DNA from: the human T2T-CHM13v2.0 reference genome, Homo sapiens
Length of the DNA stretch: 64,000 bases
Assembly (NCBI RefSeq): GCF_009914755.1
Contig: NC_060925.1
Strand: one strand, 5' to 3'
The position numbers and the translations under genes are program-made. The number at the start of each line of letters is the position of its first letter. Positions within the stretch are counted from its first letter, which is position 1. The notes beneath the pieces are model-generated. The model saw only the letters and a list, made by a program, of their open reading frames with translations. It searched no databases and was not told where the DNA came from. Shown in pieces: positions 9,800 through 21,385 of the stretch.

Positions 9800-11819
9800 A
9801 CTCCTTAAGAAATTCTCTTCTTGTGGAGATGCTGTTTCTTCACTCCTATGTTAAGCATTCTTTTGTGCAGTATCCATTGATTACCTGATCCATATGAAGA
9901 ATACCTACCCTCAATGAGTTGTCTGTAAAAAAAAAAAATAGTGGCAGATTAATGTTGATATCCACCTATTGTTGCTGTTTCTCCCAACCATTGTGATTCT
10001 GTCATAGTGCTTGGCACTTAGTAGAAGCTCAGTATGTTTTTGATAACTGACGGACAATCTTTGACCTTGCCCCTGAAAATTTCAGCCCACCAGAGGCTTA
10101 GATGGTATTAAGGAAATTTATTCAGAATTTAGAATGGTGGTAGCAGTAAATCAATGTTTCACATTCATAGGGGCTACTGGCGGTAGAATGGGTTTACAGA
10201 ATTTCATTTCCATCTACAGTTTTCCTGCCCTATTTCACCTGTCAGACAAAGGGCTCACATTTGTATTCTCTCTGCAGGATGTTTTCACCTTGTCTGCATA
10301 TGCATCATTAAATAGTTCAAGATCAATTGCAGAGTAGATAAATAGTGAAACAGTGAAAATCTCTTTCAGAGTTTATGGCAAATTTCAGAGCTGGGTTCTT
10401 TGATTCCAGTTATACCTGGATTATTGTTGCTGTTTAGCATACCTTTGCAGTTCCCCTGTAGGTGCTGGGTGATGGATGGGGCAGGAACGCAATTTATCAA
10501 AGCATTATGCTGGCAAACAGATCGCAAGACACATAATGCCACTCATCAGTACCCACTTACAAACCTGTTTCTCACTCCTATTCATCTTGTTCAAGCTTCT
10601 GCCTCTACCTGAAAGGCTTCACTCACAACCACCCTCTTCATTCACTTCTGGCAATTTTAGGTTACCTCCTTCAGAAAGTCTTCCTTGGGACCTCGGAGTC
10701 CTGATGGTATCCACTGTTTCTCCCTGTGACCACACCTACCATTGAATTTGAACTTATTGAAGAAGAGAGCCTCACTATAGGGAAACGGAGGAGTGAAAGA
10801 AAGACCCAGAGTTCTAGCCTGGTGACTTCTGTAGCAAGGAAGATAGACTTTTCTGTTCACTAGGGGAGAGAGAGAAAACATTTTTTCTCAGAACATGTTT
10901 GGATGGTGGCTAGACAATTATATATTGAGTTTATATATTGATCAAAAATGTATTAAGTGTCTATAAACTGTTAAGTGCTGTGAATTCGGAAATGAGTAAG
11001 CTTACAGTGACTCCCTCTTCCTTTGGAATGCCTTGTGGTCATCCTCAACTCTCCAGGCCTTCCCTGACATCCTAGGGCTTCACCTCCTCACCTCCCCCTT
11101 GCAACACAGTGCTGGCCTCTCACTTCCCTCCCCTGTTTTTAGTCTCTTTTCTCCAACCAATTTTGCAATCAGTGTTCACACTAATCTTCATAAAGGGAAA
11201 GGCTTGCTCTCGCCTTGCGCTTGCTCAAGAATCTATAATGGCTCCCTGTTAGTTTTTTTTTTTTTTTCCTTAAAGGCCTTTTTGTTTTGTTTTGTGTTCT
11301 GTGTTTGTTTTTCTTAAAATGCCTTTCCTAAAATGCCTCATTGGCTGACTGCATCCAAACTATTTAACTTATATCTACCTACTACTTTCCTTCTCGCCCC
11401 ATCTACCCAACACAGATTGTTCACTCCAGTTTAGCTGGCTATTTCCCTTCCTGTCCCATTAGCCTGCCCACATCCCTCCCACTTTCCTCATTGCGCATGC
11501 CAGCATGTGGCTTTGTACAGCTCCTCACTCAGCAGACAATGCCCTCCTCTCTATGCTATGCCAGACTTTCTGCCTGTCCTCAAGGCATATCCCAACCCCA
11601 CCTCTTCCAGGACCTCTACCCCACCACTGCAACTCCCACTTGTCTCTTCTTTCCTCGGTTTTCTTCTGCACTATAAGCTGGTACCATGACTCCTTATGGT
11701 TCCCTAAAAATTGCATACTCCTGAGACAACATATACTATTTCTTTTGTATTCTTCACTTTGCCTATCACATTGTATCCAGCAAACGTGTTGATGCTCATC
11801 ATCTGTTAAGAAAGAAAAC

Positions 11820-12258
<439 letters not shown>

Positions 12259-14879
12259 TTAAGATACTTGTTAGAGCAATTATTTTGATAATGCTATAAA
12301 TAATAAGAACAGTAAACTATAGCCATTATTTCAATATGATTCAACACACTTAAGAGCATTTAATGAGAATGTACCATGTGGCAGCCTTGGGACTTGGTAG
12401 AGGACCTCAAAAGGGAATAAACTATAAGCAGAAAATAACTGTATCAGGTAGTTATATTCAGGTAGTTATATATGGGTAATATTATAATAGTGATAGCATT
12501 TTTAAAAATTTACTTTGGCTTATAGTATATGGAATGACTCATGAAATCCGGACCTTGATAGAGGATGCAGGATTTTTGAAAGGGAGAGGTAGGACCTTGT
12601 AGGGTACTGGGGGATGAGAGGAAGGATAGAATAGAGTGATAGTGCTCAGTGGAACAAATTGCATAGAATTTGAAAGTATGGATTATTTCAGACAATAGTC
12701 AGTTATATGATATTTAGTTGGAACATGAGGTATTGGGAAAAGGGAAAGAGTATCAGAAAATATGGAGGGTTAGAAAGGTTCATTGGTGCCAGATTGTATA
12801 GGCCTGAAGGTTTGAACATTTTACATAAGAAAAAAAGAAACTATTGAAAGTTCTTGAGAAAGTCTTGATTGCAAATTCTTCAAAATTTTGCAGGATAATT
12901 CTCTTTAGGAAGTCGGTGAAGTAAAAACTTGGCCTAAGGCAATGAATTTCCTTTTTGTTTGAAATGCTAGACTTGAAAGAAATATGTCAAATAAAACTGA
13001 ATAGTGTTGAACATCTCAGATATCCAGGAGTTTGTTCTCTAATGTGTGGAACTTTGTTGAAATGTATAATATTTGTATGTTCTCACCATTGTCATACAAG
13101 CAAATGGCATGCTTTTGAGAATGTAGATCTCCTCAGATGTTTCCTGGCTAGTACAGGATGTACTTTCATTTGGAAGGTTGGCTGTCTGGAGCCCTAACTT
13201 GGGTTCACTTGCACCTTGCAGGGTTGAAATGATTTTAGGTGAAAGGTGGCCACCGTCTCTAACAGGAACAGTTCTTTCCACTTTTAGCAAGAGTGCCCAC
13301 TAATGTAAAAGTAAATCAGGGAGACTAAAATCAAAAGGAATTAATTGTCACCAACAATTCCATTTGCATTTATTTATTCATAATTAGTATTTACTGGAAG
13401 TGGCAGCTTATGCTCATTTTCTCTGGATCATTAAAATGTACTCATCTGAGCCATAAACAAAGCCAGCAATGCCCAGGAATCAACTGGAACAATTCAGTTA
13501 GTGATAATTGCATCACAGCTCCCCTGTAGCATCTCGCAAAGGTTCATTTGATTACAGTTACTAATGGCAATCCTGGCACATGGAGGGTATTTATTAGACT
13601 AGTGGTTCTTGGGTTTCTAGCCTTAGATTTGAGGGGGAAAGGACACTGCTCTGCAACTGCTCTCCCTCAAAAGCATTTCAACACCTTGCCTAAACTGGTG
13701 AGAATACAGTAATATAATAGTGGTAAAATGATTAGAAATTGATTTTGCCTTACGGTTCACGGAATTGACTCATGGCATCAGGGCCTTGATAGAAGATGCC
13801 GGATTTTGACAAGGAGAGAGAAGACATTGCAGGGTATTGAGGAATGAGGGAAAAGGTAGAGTAATAATGGTAAGAGAAGCAAATTGCCTGGGATTTGAAA
13901 GCATGGGATGAAATAAGCAGTTATTTATATGTCTAGAAAATATATTATTACTGTCCAATTTTAAGCACGAATGCTTTAAACTTTAAGGAACTGGTCTTAC
14001 CTGAGTCCCATAAATTATATTTTGAGAGCCATTTATCAGATAATCGATAAATGAAAACAAAATCAAACAACTCAAATGAGGCAAGAAAGAGAGCTGAAGG
14101 AATGGGTAAGACACAGTCAAGAGCATGTTTTGGAGAGTGCCAGCCCCCAAAGGCTGGGCTTGTGGTTCTTCTTAGAGATGAACAATCTTGAATCTTCTAT
14201 TTCAGATTCTTGGCTGGAAACACCTTATCTTAGAGTCCCTCAGGTTCAGACCTGACCTAAGACACATGTTATTTCTTTACAACCACTGAGTCTGTTAGTG
14301 TTGTACACATATTAAATGCTTAATGGTTTGCTGAACAAATCTTCATAGATACTTCAACTCACCTATTTAAATAAAGCTGAACCTGAATGAAGAGATCTCC
14401 ATGTCTGGATAAGGTCCATGGTTTGTTTCCAAAAGGGGCAAAAGTTGGATGCAGCCAGAGATTCTTTGTTGATTTGTTCATAGTTATCTATTTTTTGAAG
14501 GTTGGTTTGTTTGTTGTACTATGTTTTTTATACAGCTGAATTGATTGCAAAGGTAAAATAAGAATTTCCTTTCCCAGGGCTATATTCATTCTTCCCAACT
14601 GAGGTGGAAAATTCCAGTATTAGTTTTAGCAGTACTTGAACCATCTTCTCCCTAATATAGTGCTTCTAGGGAACATGGGGAAATTCTTAAGCCTGGGTAG
14701 CCAATATGAAAGATCCAGAAAGAATCAAATATAATGAGAATGTCTGAAAGAATTTGTTCTCTCAAGCAAACTGGTCTATCAGAAGGACTAATAGCTTGGG
14801 CCTATTTTGCTCACCATTTTAGAGGGGCTACTTAATCTCCTAGTGCCTGAGTTTCCTTGTCTGTAAGATAGGAATAATA

Positions 14880-15190
14880 GGCCAGGCATGGTGGCTCACG
14901 CCTGTAATCCCAGCACTTTGAGAGGCCGAGGGGGTGGATCACTTGAGGCCAGGAATTCCAGACTAGCCTGGCCAACATGGTGAAACCCTGTCTCTACTAA
15001 AAATACAATAATTAGGCAGGCAGGGTGGCACATGCCTGTAATCCCAGCTACTCAGGAGGGAGACTGAGGCAGAATAGCTTGAACCTGGGAGGCGGAGGTT
15101 GCAGTGAGCTGAGATCACACCACTGCACTCCAGCCTGGGTGACACAGCGAGACAAAAAAAATAAAAAATTAATAATAATAATAATAATAA
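14880..15190 (+). mobile_element. AluS inserted into a MIR (MIR about 14830-14879 and 15191-15290)
   Basis: Full dimer with (AAT)n tail; flanks read as the MIR core (GAGTTTCCTTGTCTGTAAGATAGG | GTTGTGAGGATTCAATGAG). Confidence 0.9.
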
Positions 15191-15369
15191 AGAGTGTTGT
15201 GAGGATTCAATGAGTTACACATGTAAATACTTGGAAGCGTGCCTGGAACATAGTAAATTTTTGATTAATGCTAGTTTTCATTATTTTTCTTAATCTAATT
15301 TTTTCTGAACTTGTAAAATACATTTACACAATAGCAGTCACCTCTCCTGGGGGATTTAGAAATAGTACC

Positions 15370-15540
15370 CACTATTTATTGAGCATTTATTATGTTCCAG
15401 TCCTCTGGCACATGTCTACTTTGATCCTCACACTAATCCTATGAGAAAGTTATTATCATCAGTTTCGGTAAAGAAACTGAGGATCAGAGAAATAACTTGG
15501 CCATACCTAATAAGCAATGGAGCGGGGATTTGAACTCCCA
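15370..15540 (-). mobile_element. MIR remnant
   Basis: ATTTATTGAGCATTTATTATG...GAAACTGAGG...GGGATTTGAACTC. Confidence 0.7.
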
Positions 15541-16749
15541 CCCTACTGGGCTAGTTCTCTAAGATCCTAAAGAAACTGCTTTGTATCCCAACATGAAACT
15601 GAACTCAGTTAAAAATAAGCACACGGGCTAAAGACCTCTTTTCCCTGACTTATCTCTCATAGCATAGATTGCTTGGTGCCTCTCAGAGAATTTCCGTTTA
15701 ACACCCTGAGATTAGTTGGCCTTGTGGCTCTGATCAGTGGAGGTCTGTTTAACTCAAGTCACATGTGGGTATTTTCACTCCAATCATAACGTCAGTTCTA
15801 AATCTGTTGGTATGTCACAAAGGCACAAGTTAAAACCCAGGAAAAAACTTGAGCTGTTACTGTTCCCAAGTAGAAACATCCTTAGCAGCTTATCTGAACA
15901 GAAGGCCAATCTAAAACCTTGGAGGTTTGCCCAGCCCCGGTTTCCTGTCTAACTGAAAGCAGAGAGCCCAGACACAGAGCCAAGAAGTTCACGCTTGTGG
16001 GATCAGCAACCTAAATTTGAGAATTCGGATCAGTAAGACCAACTGCAGCCTGCAGCTAGAGCGGTGCTGGAGTCATGGGCCCGATGGTCCCAAGGGTGCA
16101 AGGAAAAACTTATGAGATGACTAAGGTAATTGTTAGGAATGAAATCAAAATACAACTAGGCAAACCAACTTCCCAACTGGCAGAGGAGAGAGAAATCTCC
16201 CTGGGATTATTTTTATAGATTATTCTGCTATCTTTAGCTTCCAGAAATGATTTTTTGCTGTGTGTGATAATGCTGGTACTGACGTGTACCGAGCACTTAC
16301 CACATTTGTGATACTGCGCTAAACACTTTACACACTTTACTTCAATCATGAGTGATTACAACTCAGGTATATGGACATGATTGAAAAGACTGGTACACAG
16401 CTTCAGAGTTTCCATAGAGGGTGTCGTTTTAGCAGAATCTTTACTAAAATGAGCCACCCCTGTCCTTAAGAGCTGTATCACCTCACCTGGCTACCCTGTT
16501 TTCTAGCACAAGGTCACCTTGAGTCAAGATGTTCAGTTTTGTTGTCACTGTGCCATGGCCATGACTGTGGGAATAACCCCATCTGCTTACCTTGGGAGAT
16601 GGAAACTTTGACGAACCCAAGGTCCTTCCCCAGATACTTCCAGCTACTTCCCAGTGATGCCTCCTGCTCTGGCTACCCTAAACCTACAGTCAAACTATGT
16701 CTCTCTGCAGCTGAAAACCCCCCTTAATTGCAGTAAACAGGATAACATC

Positions 16750-17055
16750 TGTGGGAAGAAAGGCAACTATCTCTTCACATGTTGTTTTCTTAGAGGGGAA
16801 GCTTTCCTGGATAACCAAGAGACTTCATGTCTCATTGGTCAGCATTTGATCATGTACCCATTTCTAAATCCATCAATCACAGGAATGTGACTGCCGTGTT
16901 TATCTTGGACTAATTGGGATCTGCCCCTCAGCCGGGGATAGGGTCAACTTCCCCTGAATCAAGTGAATAGAGGTAGATCCCCGAATAAATCAGAGTTAAG
17001 AAGGAAGGGCTGGTGAGACTAGACACAGTAGAGCAGCCATCAGTGTCCTACGCAG
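16750..17055 (-). mobile_element. MLT1J/K-like MaLR LTR remnant
   Basis: CTCATTGGTCAG...CATGTACCCATTTCTAAA...GGGTCAACTTCCCCTGAA resembles old MLT1 in reverse. Confidence 0.55.
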
Positions 17056-17199
17056 GCCTCCGTATTTCACGGAGGTAGTTTCCCTCCCTCCCACCTGATG
17101 CCCCAGATGAAGTCTTATTTTCCCTTAAGTATTGCTACTCTAGGTCTGGGTCTTGCTGTTCCCCCAAAAGAAATATCCCTCTTCATATTCCCAACCACT

Positions 17200-17385
17200 C
17201 TTATATCTACCTTTATTACAACATTTACATATTTTTTCACGCCTATCTTCTTTTACACATATCTCTCCTAGTTAGACTATGAGATCATAGAGACCATGTG
17301 TTACTCATTTTTAAAATTTCCAGTACCTAGCATAATTCCTGGGATAAAGTAGGTGCCCAATAAATGTTGGATTGATATGATTTGT
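17200..17385 (+). mobile_element. L2 3' end
   Basis: TAGACTATGAG...CCAGTACCTAGCA...GTAGGTGCCCAATAAATGTTG. Confidence 0.65.
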
Positions 17386-17597
17386 GAATTTAGTTTATGA
17401 AAGTCTATTTCAGCATTACTTAGAATTGGATAGAACAAGTTTGGTTTTAAAAGTGGGAGAAAAAGGAAGATGATAATATTGTTTCATAATCAATTTTTAA
17501 CCTGCCTAATTCAAAAAAAAAAAAAAGGATGTAAGGGAGCAGGGGTGCTGTGTGTAATGTGCTGTGCTTAATGTTGCTTTTCTTTTATTTCCCACAG

Positions 17598-17887
17598 CAC
17601 ACAGGACACGGTGGGGATGCAGCATCTTGGACCTCATCCGCCTGTGCTCTAATTCAAAGACAAATATGTTTCCCAACTTGCCCAAGGCTCTGGCAGGGAA
17701 AACTCAGATCCCCAAACTCAGGTCGTTCTAGTGCAGCAATAACCAGCTGGGTTTTCAGCAACTTGGATGGAGCCATCTGTGTTCCCAGCCCACATAAAAA
17801 TATGCACAAGAAGGGTGCAAATCAGCAAGTCCACAGCTTCCAGAGGCCCCAGCTGGGATGTGCCCTCCCTTTGGGGACTAATGAAAG
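17598..17887 (+). other. Candidate internal exon (290 nt) in unique sequence
   Basis: Branch-like CTTAAT (A 17571), pyrimidine tract TTGCTTTTCTTTTATTTCCC, CAG acceptor 17595-17597, donor AAG|GTAAAT; GC-richer than flanks; phase-0 frame open throughout. Confidence 0.55.
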
Positions 17888-19492
17888 GTAAATCCAGTGT
17901 CAAAAGACAGAGGGCCAGCAGCAAGACTATGGAGCTAAGTGAGTCCAGACTCTGGTCCCTTTTCTGACTTTGCCTGAAATAGAGCCCATCTGGCTCCCTG
18001 GCCACTGTGCTTGTGTGAAGGGCACTGCAGTGCATGCTGAATGCCTGGAAAATTACCAGAGGTCTCCTGCCTCTCTCTCTGGGGGCACCAGGAACTGGCC
18101 ACATAGGAACTCTCTTCTCTGATGCTCTGCATTCCTCTGACTGCCTGGTCAACCCTTAAGCTTTCACATAATGAGCCTGGTGAGCCCAGGTGGTCAGGAA
18201 TAGAGGGGCTTTTTGTGTCTTGGTCTTAAAGAAGGGAGCCCCTCAGATTTTCCCACATACTCCCCCTTCCTTTCCTACCACTCCACATCACAGAAGGGAA
18301 TTTAGAGTCGTCTTGGCTCTCCGGCTAAGACAGAGGACAGTAGATTCCACATGAAAAGCCAAATTAAATGGGGGTGCTGTTACTCAGCCACCCAGGTGCA
18401 GATGGCTTTTGGCAGCCCAGTACTGGGCGGTGATTGAGAAGAGTCTGTCTCGAAGTCATTACAGTTAATTGTCACAGAGTTACAGACTCATCTGCAGGCA
18501 AAGAGCCAGCTCAAAATCCCCAGGGAATTTTCAGATGGATTAATAAACAAAATGGCATATGTGTAAAGCAGCTGATTCTCTACAAAGAAATGATAGTATT
18601 ATTTCTTTACTCTTCATTCCTGGACCCAGGACTATTTTACAGTCTCTTTCACATCTTGGAAGGCATTTGTCCAACAGGGCTCTGAGTCAGGGGAAAGTAT
18701 TTTCTTCCTTGTTTTTATCTAGTAGCACAGACACTTTCACTATGGGGTTAGTGCATTTTTCATGGCTCCTGGTTCATCTCAGAAAAATGCACATCAACCC
18801 AGCCATCCTGTTGACTAAGTGGCATTCACTAAGCCAATATTCCACATAGAAACACTGATGCGGTCTTAACAATGGTAGAGTAAATGGCATCACCACCTGT
18901 CTACATACGTAAAACAGGTGCACAGTTGGGAGCTGGAGCCATAGCCTCATTGATATCATAGACAGAAACAGGATCTGTTCAATAGCACTGGTACTGAGGA
19001 GAAAAGCAGCACAGTACTGGATCCTGCACATCACTTCCTTTTCCAGTTTCTTTGATTTTTCTGCTAAAGTTTATATGATTATTCCTGAGAAGCAGGAATT
19101 GCCTCAGAAAGTTATCCTGCTCTTTGGCATAACCGCCCTGCTGGCTCACCCTGCCCCACAAACTCTGCCAGCCCAGTGTAGAGGAAGAGAGCTGAGCATC
19201 TGCTAAAGTCCCTCCATCACCAGTGATCTGTGCCTGAATTTGTCGTTCCTTGCTGCTTGTAAATTTCATTTCCTCTAAGCCTTCTCTATATTACATAGCC
19301 CAGAGAAGTACTGGTTAATGAAAAAATGAAAAGCTTGACTTTACAAATGAAGAGGAAAATGCACTCTTTAAAAAAAAAGTTGCAGCTAAGTGAACTTATA
19401 TGTGTGCAAGAAAAGAAAATTGTTTCGAGCTGTTTAAGAGTAATAATTACATTACATTACCGTGTTACTGTCTGAAGATATTCATATTTTGC

Positions 19493-19767
19493 TTTTTTAT
19501 TTTTTTGGTGGAGTGTTGTTCAGTTGCCCAGGCTGGAGTGCAGTGGCATGATCTTGGCCTCCCGGGTTCAAGCAATTCTCCTGCCTCAGCCTCCCAAGTA
19601 GCTGGGTTTACAGGCATGCACCACCATGCCCAGCTGATTTTTGTATTTTTAGTAGAGGGGTTTCACCTTGTTGGCCCAGCTGGTCTTGAACTCCTGACCT
19701 CAGGTGATCCACCTGCCTCGGCCTCCCAGAGTTCTGGGATTACAGATGTGAGCCGCTGCACCCGGCC
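19493..19767 (-). mobile_element. AluS with ~16-nt right-arm deletion
   Basis: Reverse Alu; TSD-like TATTTTGCT on both sides. Confidence 0.9.
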
Positions 19768-19955
19768 TTATTTTGCTCTTTAGTGCTATTTCCTGTTTAA
19801 ATTTCTCAGTGTGACTCAAGAGTCTATCATACTGAGTTCATGCTCCCAGTATTTAAAACTGCATGAAAATAATGCAGAAAATAATTTGCTAGCGTTGACT
19901 TGCTCCCAGAACTTAAACTGATCAAGCAGGACATCTGAGGAATAATACTTTTTAG

Positions 19956-20171
19956 CAGGGATTGGCAAACTTTTTCTGTAAAAGGCCAGAGTGTAAATAT
20001 TGTAGGTTTTGTGAGCCATACAGCCTCTGTTGCTGATATTCAATTCAGTCCTTGTAACACAAAAGCAGTCATAGACAACGCATGAAGAAATGGTGTGTCT
20101 GTGTTCCAGCAAAACTGTATTTATAAAAACAAGTTGCAGATTAGATTTGACTCACAATTTGTTGATCTCTG
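19956..20171. mobile_element. MER58A hAT-Charlie MITE
   Basis: Ends CAGGGATTGGCAAAC...TTTGTTGATCTCTG; 8-bp TSD CTTTTTAG / CTTTGTAG. Confidence 0.85.
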
Positions 20172-20424
20172 CTTTGTAGTAAAGCCCTGATAAATTTTCT
20201 TCTTGGGTTAAGTAGTGAGTGGGAACTTGCCACATCAGAGTCATTTTGGGGAGATGGCACATCCCCACATGAGAGCCAGCATGGAAAAATTTGGTTTATT
20301 TCTCCTACTTTTTAACAGTAAGTGACAATTTTGCAGCTATTTTCAGCTTACAAGGAACATATTAACCACTTGAACTTCCAATTCCATGAGATAATGTCAG
20401 CATAATGCAGATTATTCCTTATAC

Positions 20425-21385
20425 TAGACTTCCAGTTTCTGGGAATAGCAGGTACATTATCCTACTGAAATGCTGAATATAATACAAAAAGCATCTACCT
20501 TAAAGCATCCAGGAGCTAACAAGATAGAAAGGAATTACCTGACCTAAATGGGAGGAAAATATTAAGGAATCACATAAACAACTTTTGCCCTGATATATTT
20601 GCTGATCCTGCAAAACTGAACTTCCTTTTGATGTTTTCATGGGATGCTCAGTATTTAAAGCCAAAGGCTACATAAGTCTGAAAGTCTACTAAGAAATTGT
20701 CGATACAATAAACTTGAACCTCAAAGGACCAATCCCAGGAGTGAAAAAGAATCAGAAGTGACACAGCCTTCCTGCATATAAGCAGGTGGCTTTCACATTC
20801 TCTGGTGGGTCAAGGACTCTCAAGCCTTGAATTTGGCTTAAGTGGTAGTTCCTCCAGATATCTTTCAGAAGCAAATATAAATTCTTTCTGAAGGAAGGCA
20901 ACTTCAGTTCATCCTGGGCCTTAAGTACCCCTATAAATGATTTTGTAAACACAAGGAACAATAATATATTAATAGATTTTTTTAATAAAAGAGGTACATA
21001 AGTAAACAAAACACCATGATGTCACCTAAATTTGAAGATATAATGGCTGCCATTTTTTCAAAACTGATGAAAGATATCAGAGAAGTACTACAAACCCCAA
21101 ATGGGATAAATACAAAGGAAATCACAATTAGACTCAAACAAATTTCCAAATACTTCAGCTACTACAATTATCATATACAAGTTATAGAGCAAGAATGTTT
21201 ATGATTCTTAAGGAAAAAAATAAAGATCAGCTTAGTAGCAGAAAACCATAACATAATCACAGGTAGATTTTTCTTTGAAGAACTAATAGAACATCTACAA
21301 AGGGAAAATAGAAAAATCAAAAAATTTTAAATTTAATAAATATTTTTAGTAGCAGATTAGACATACCAAAAGAGAGAATTAGATA
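20425..21385 (+). mobile_element. Ancient L1ME-type 5'UTR/ORF1 fragments
   Basis: GACTTCCAGTTTCTGGG start; ORF1-like text (TTTTCAAAACTGATGAAAGATATCAG; AGCAGATTAGACATACCAAAAGAGAGAATTAG). Confidence 0.55.
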
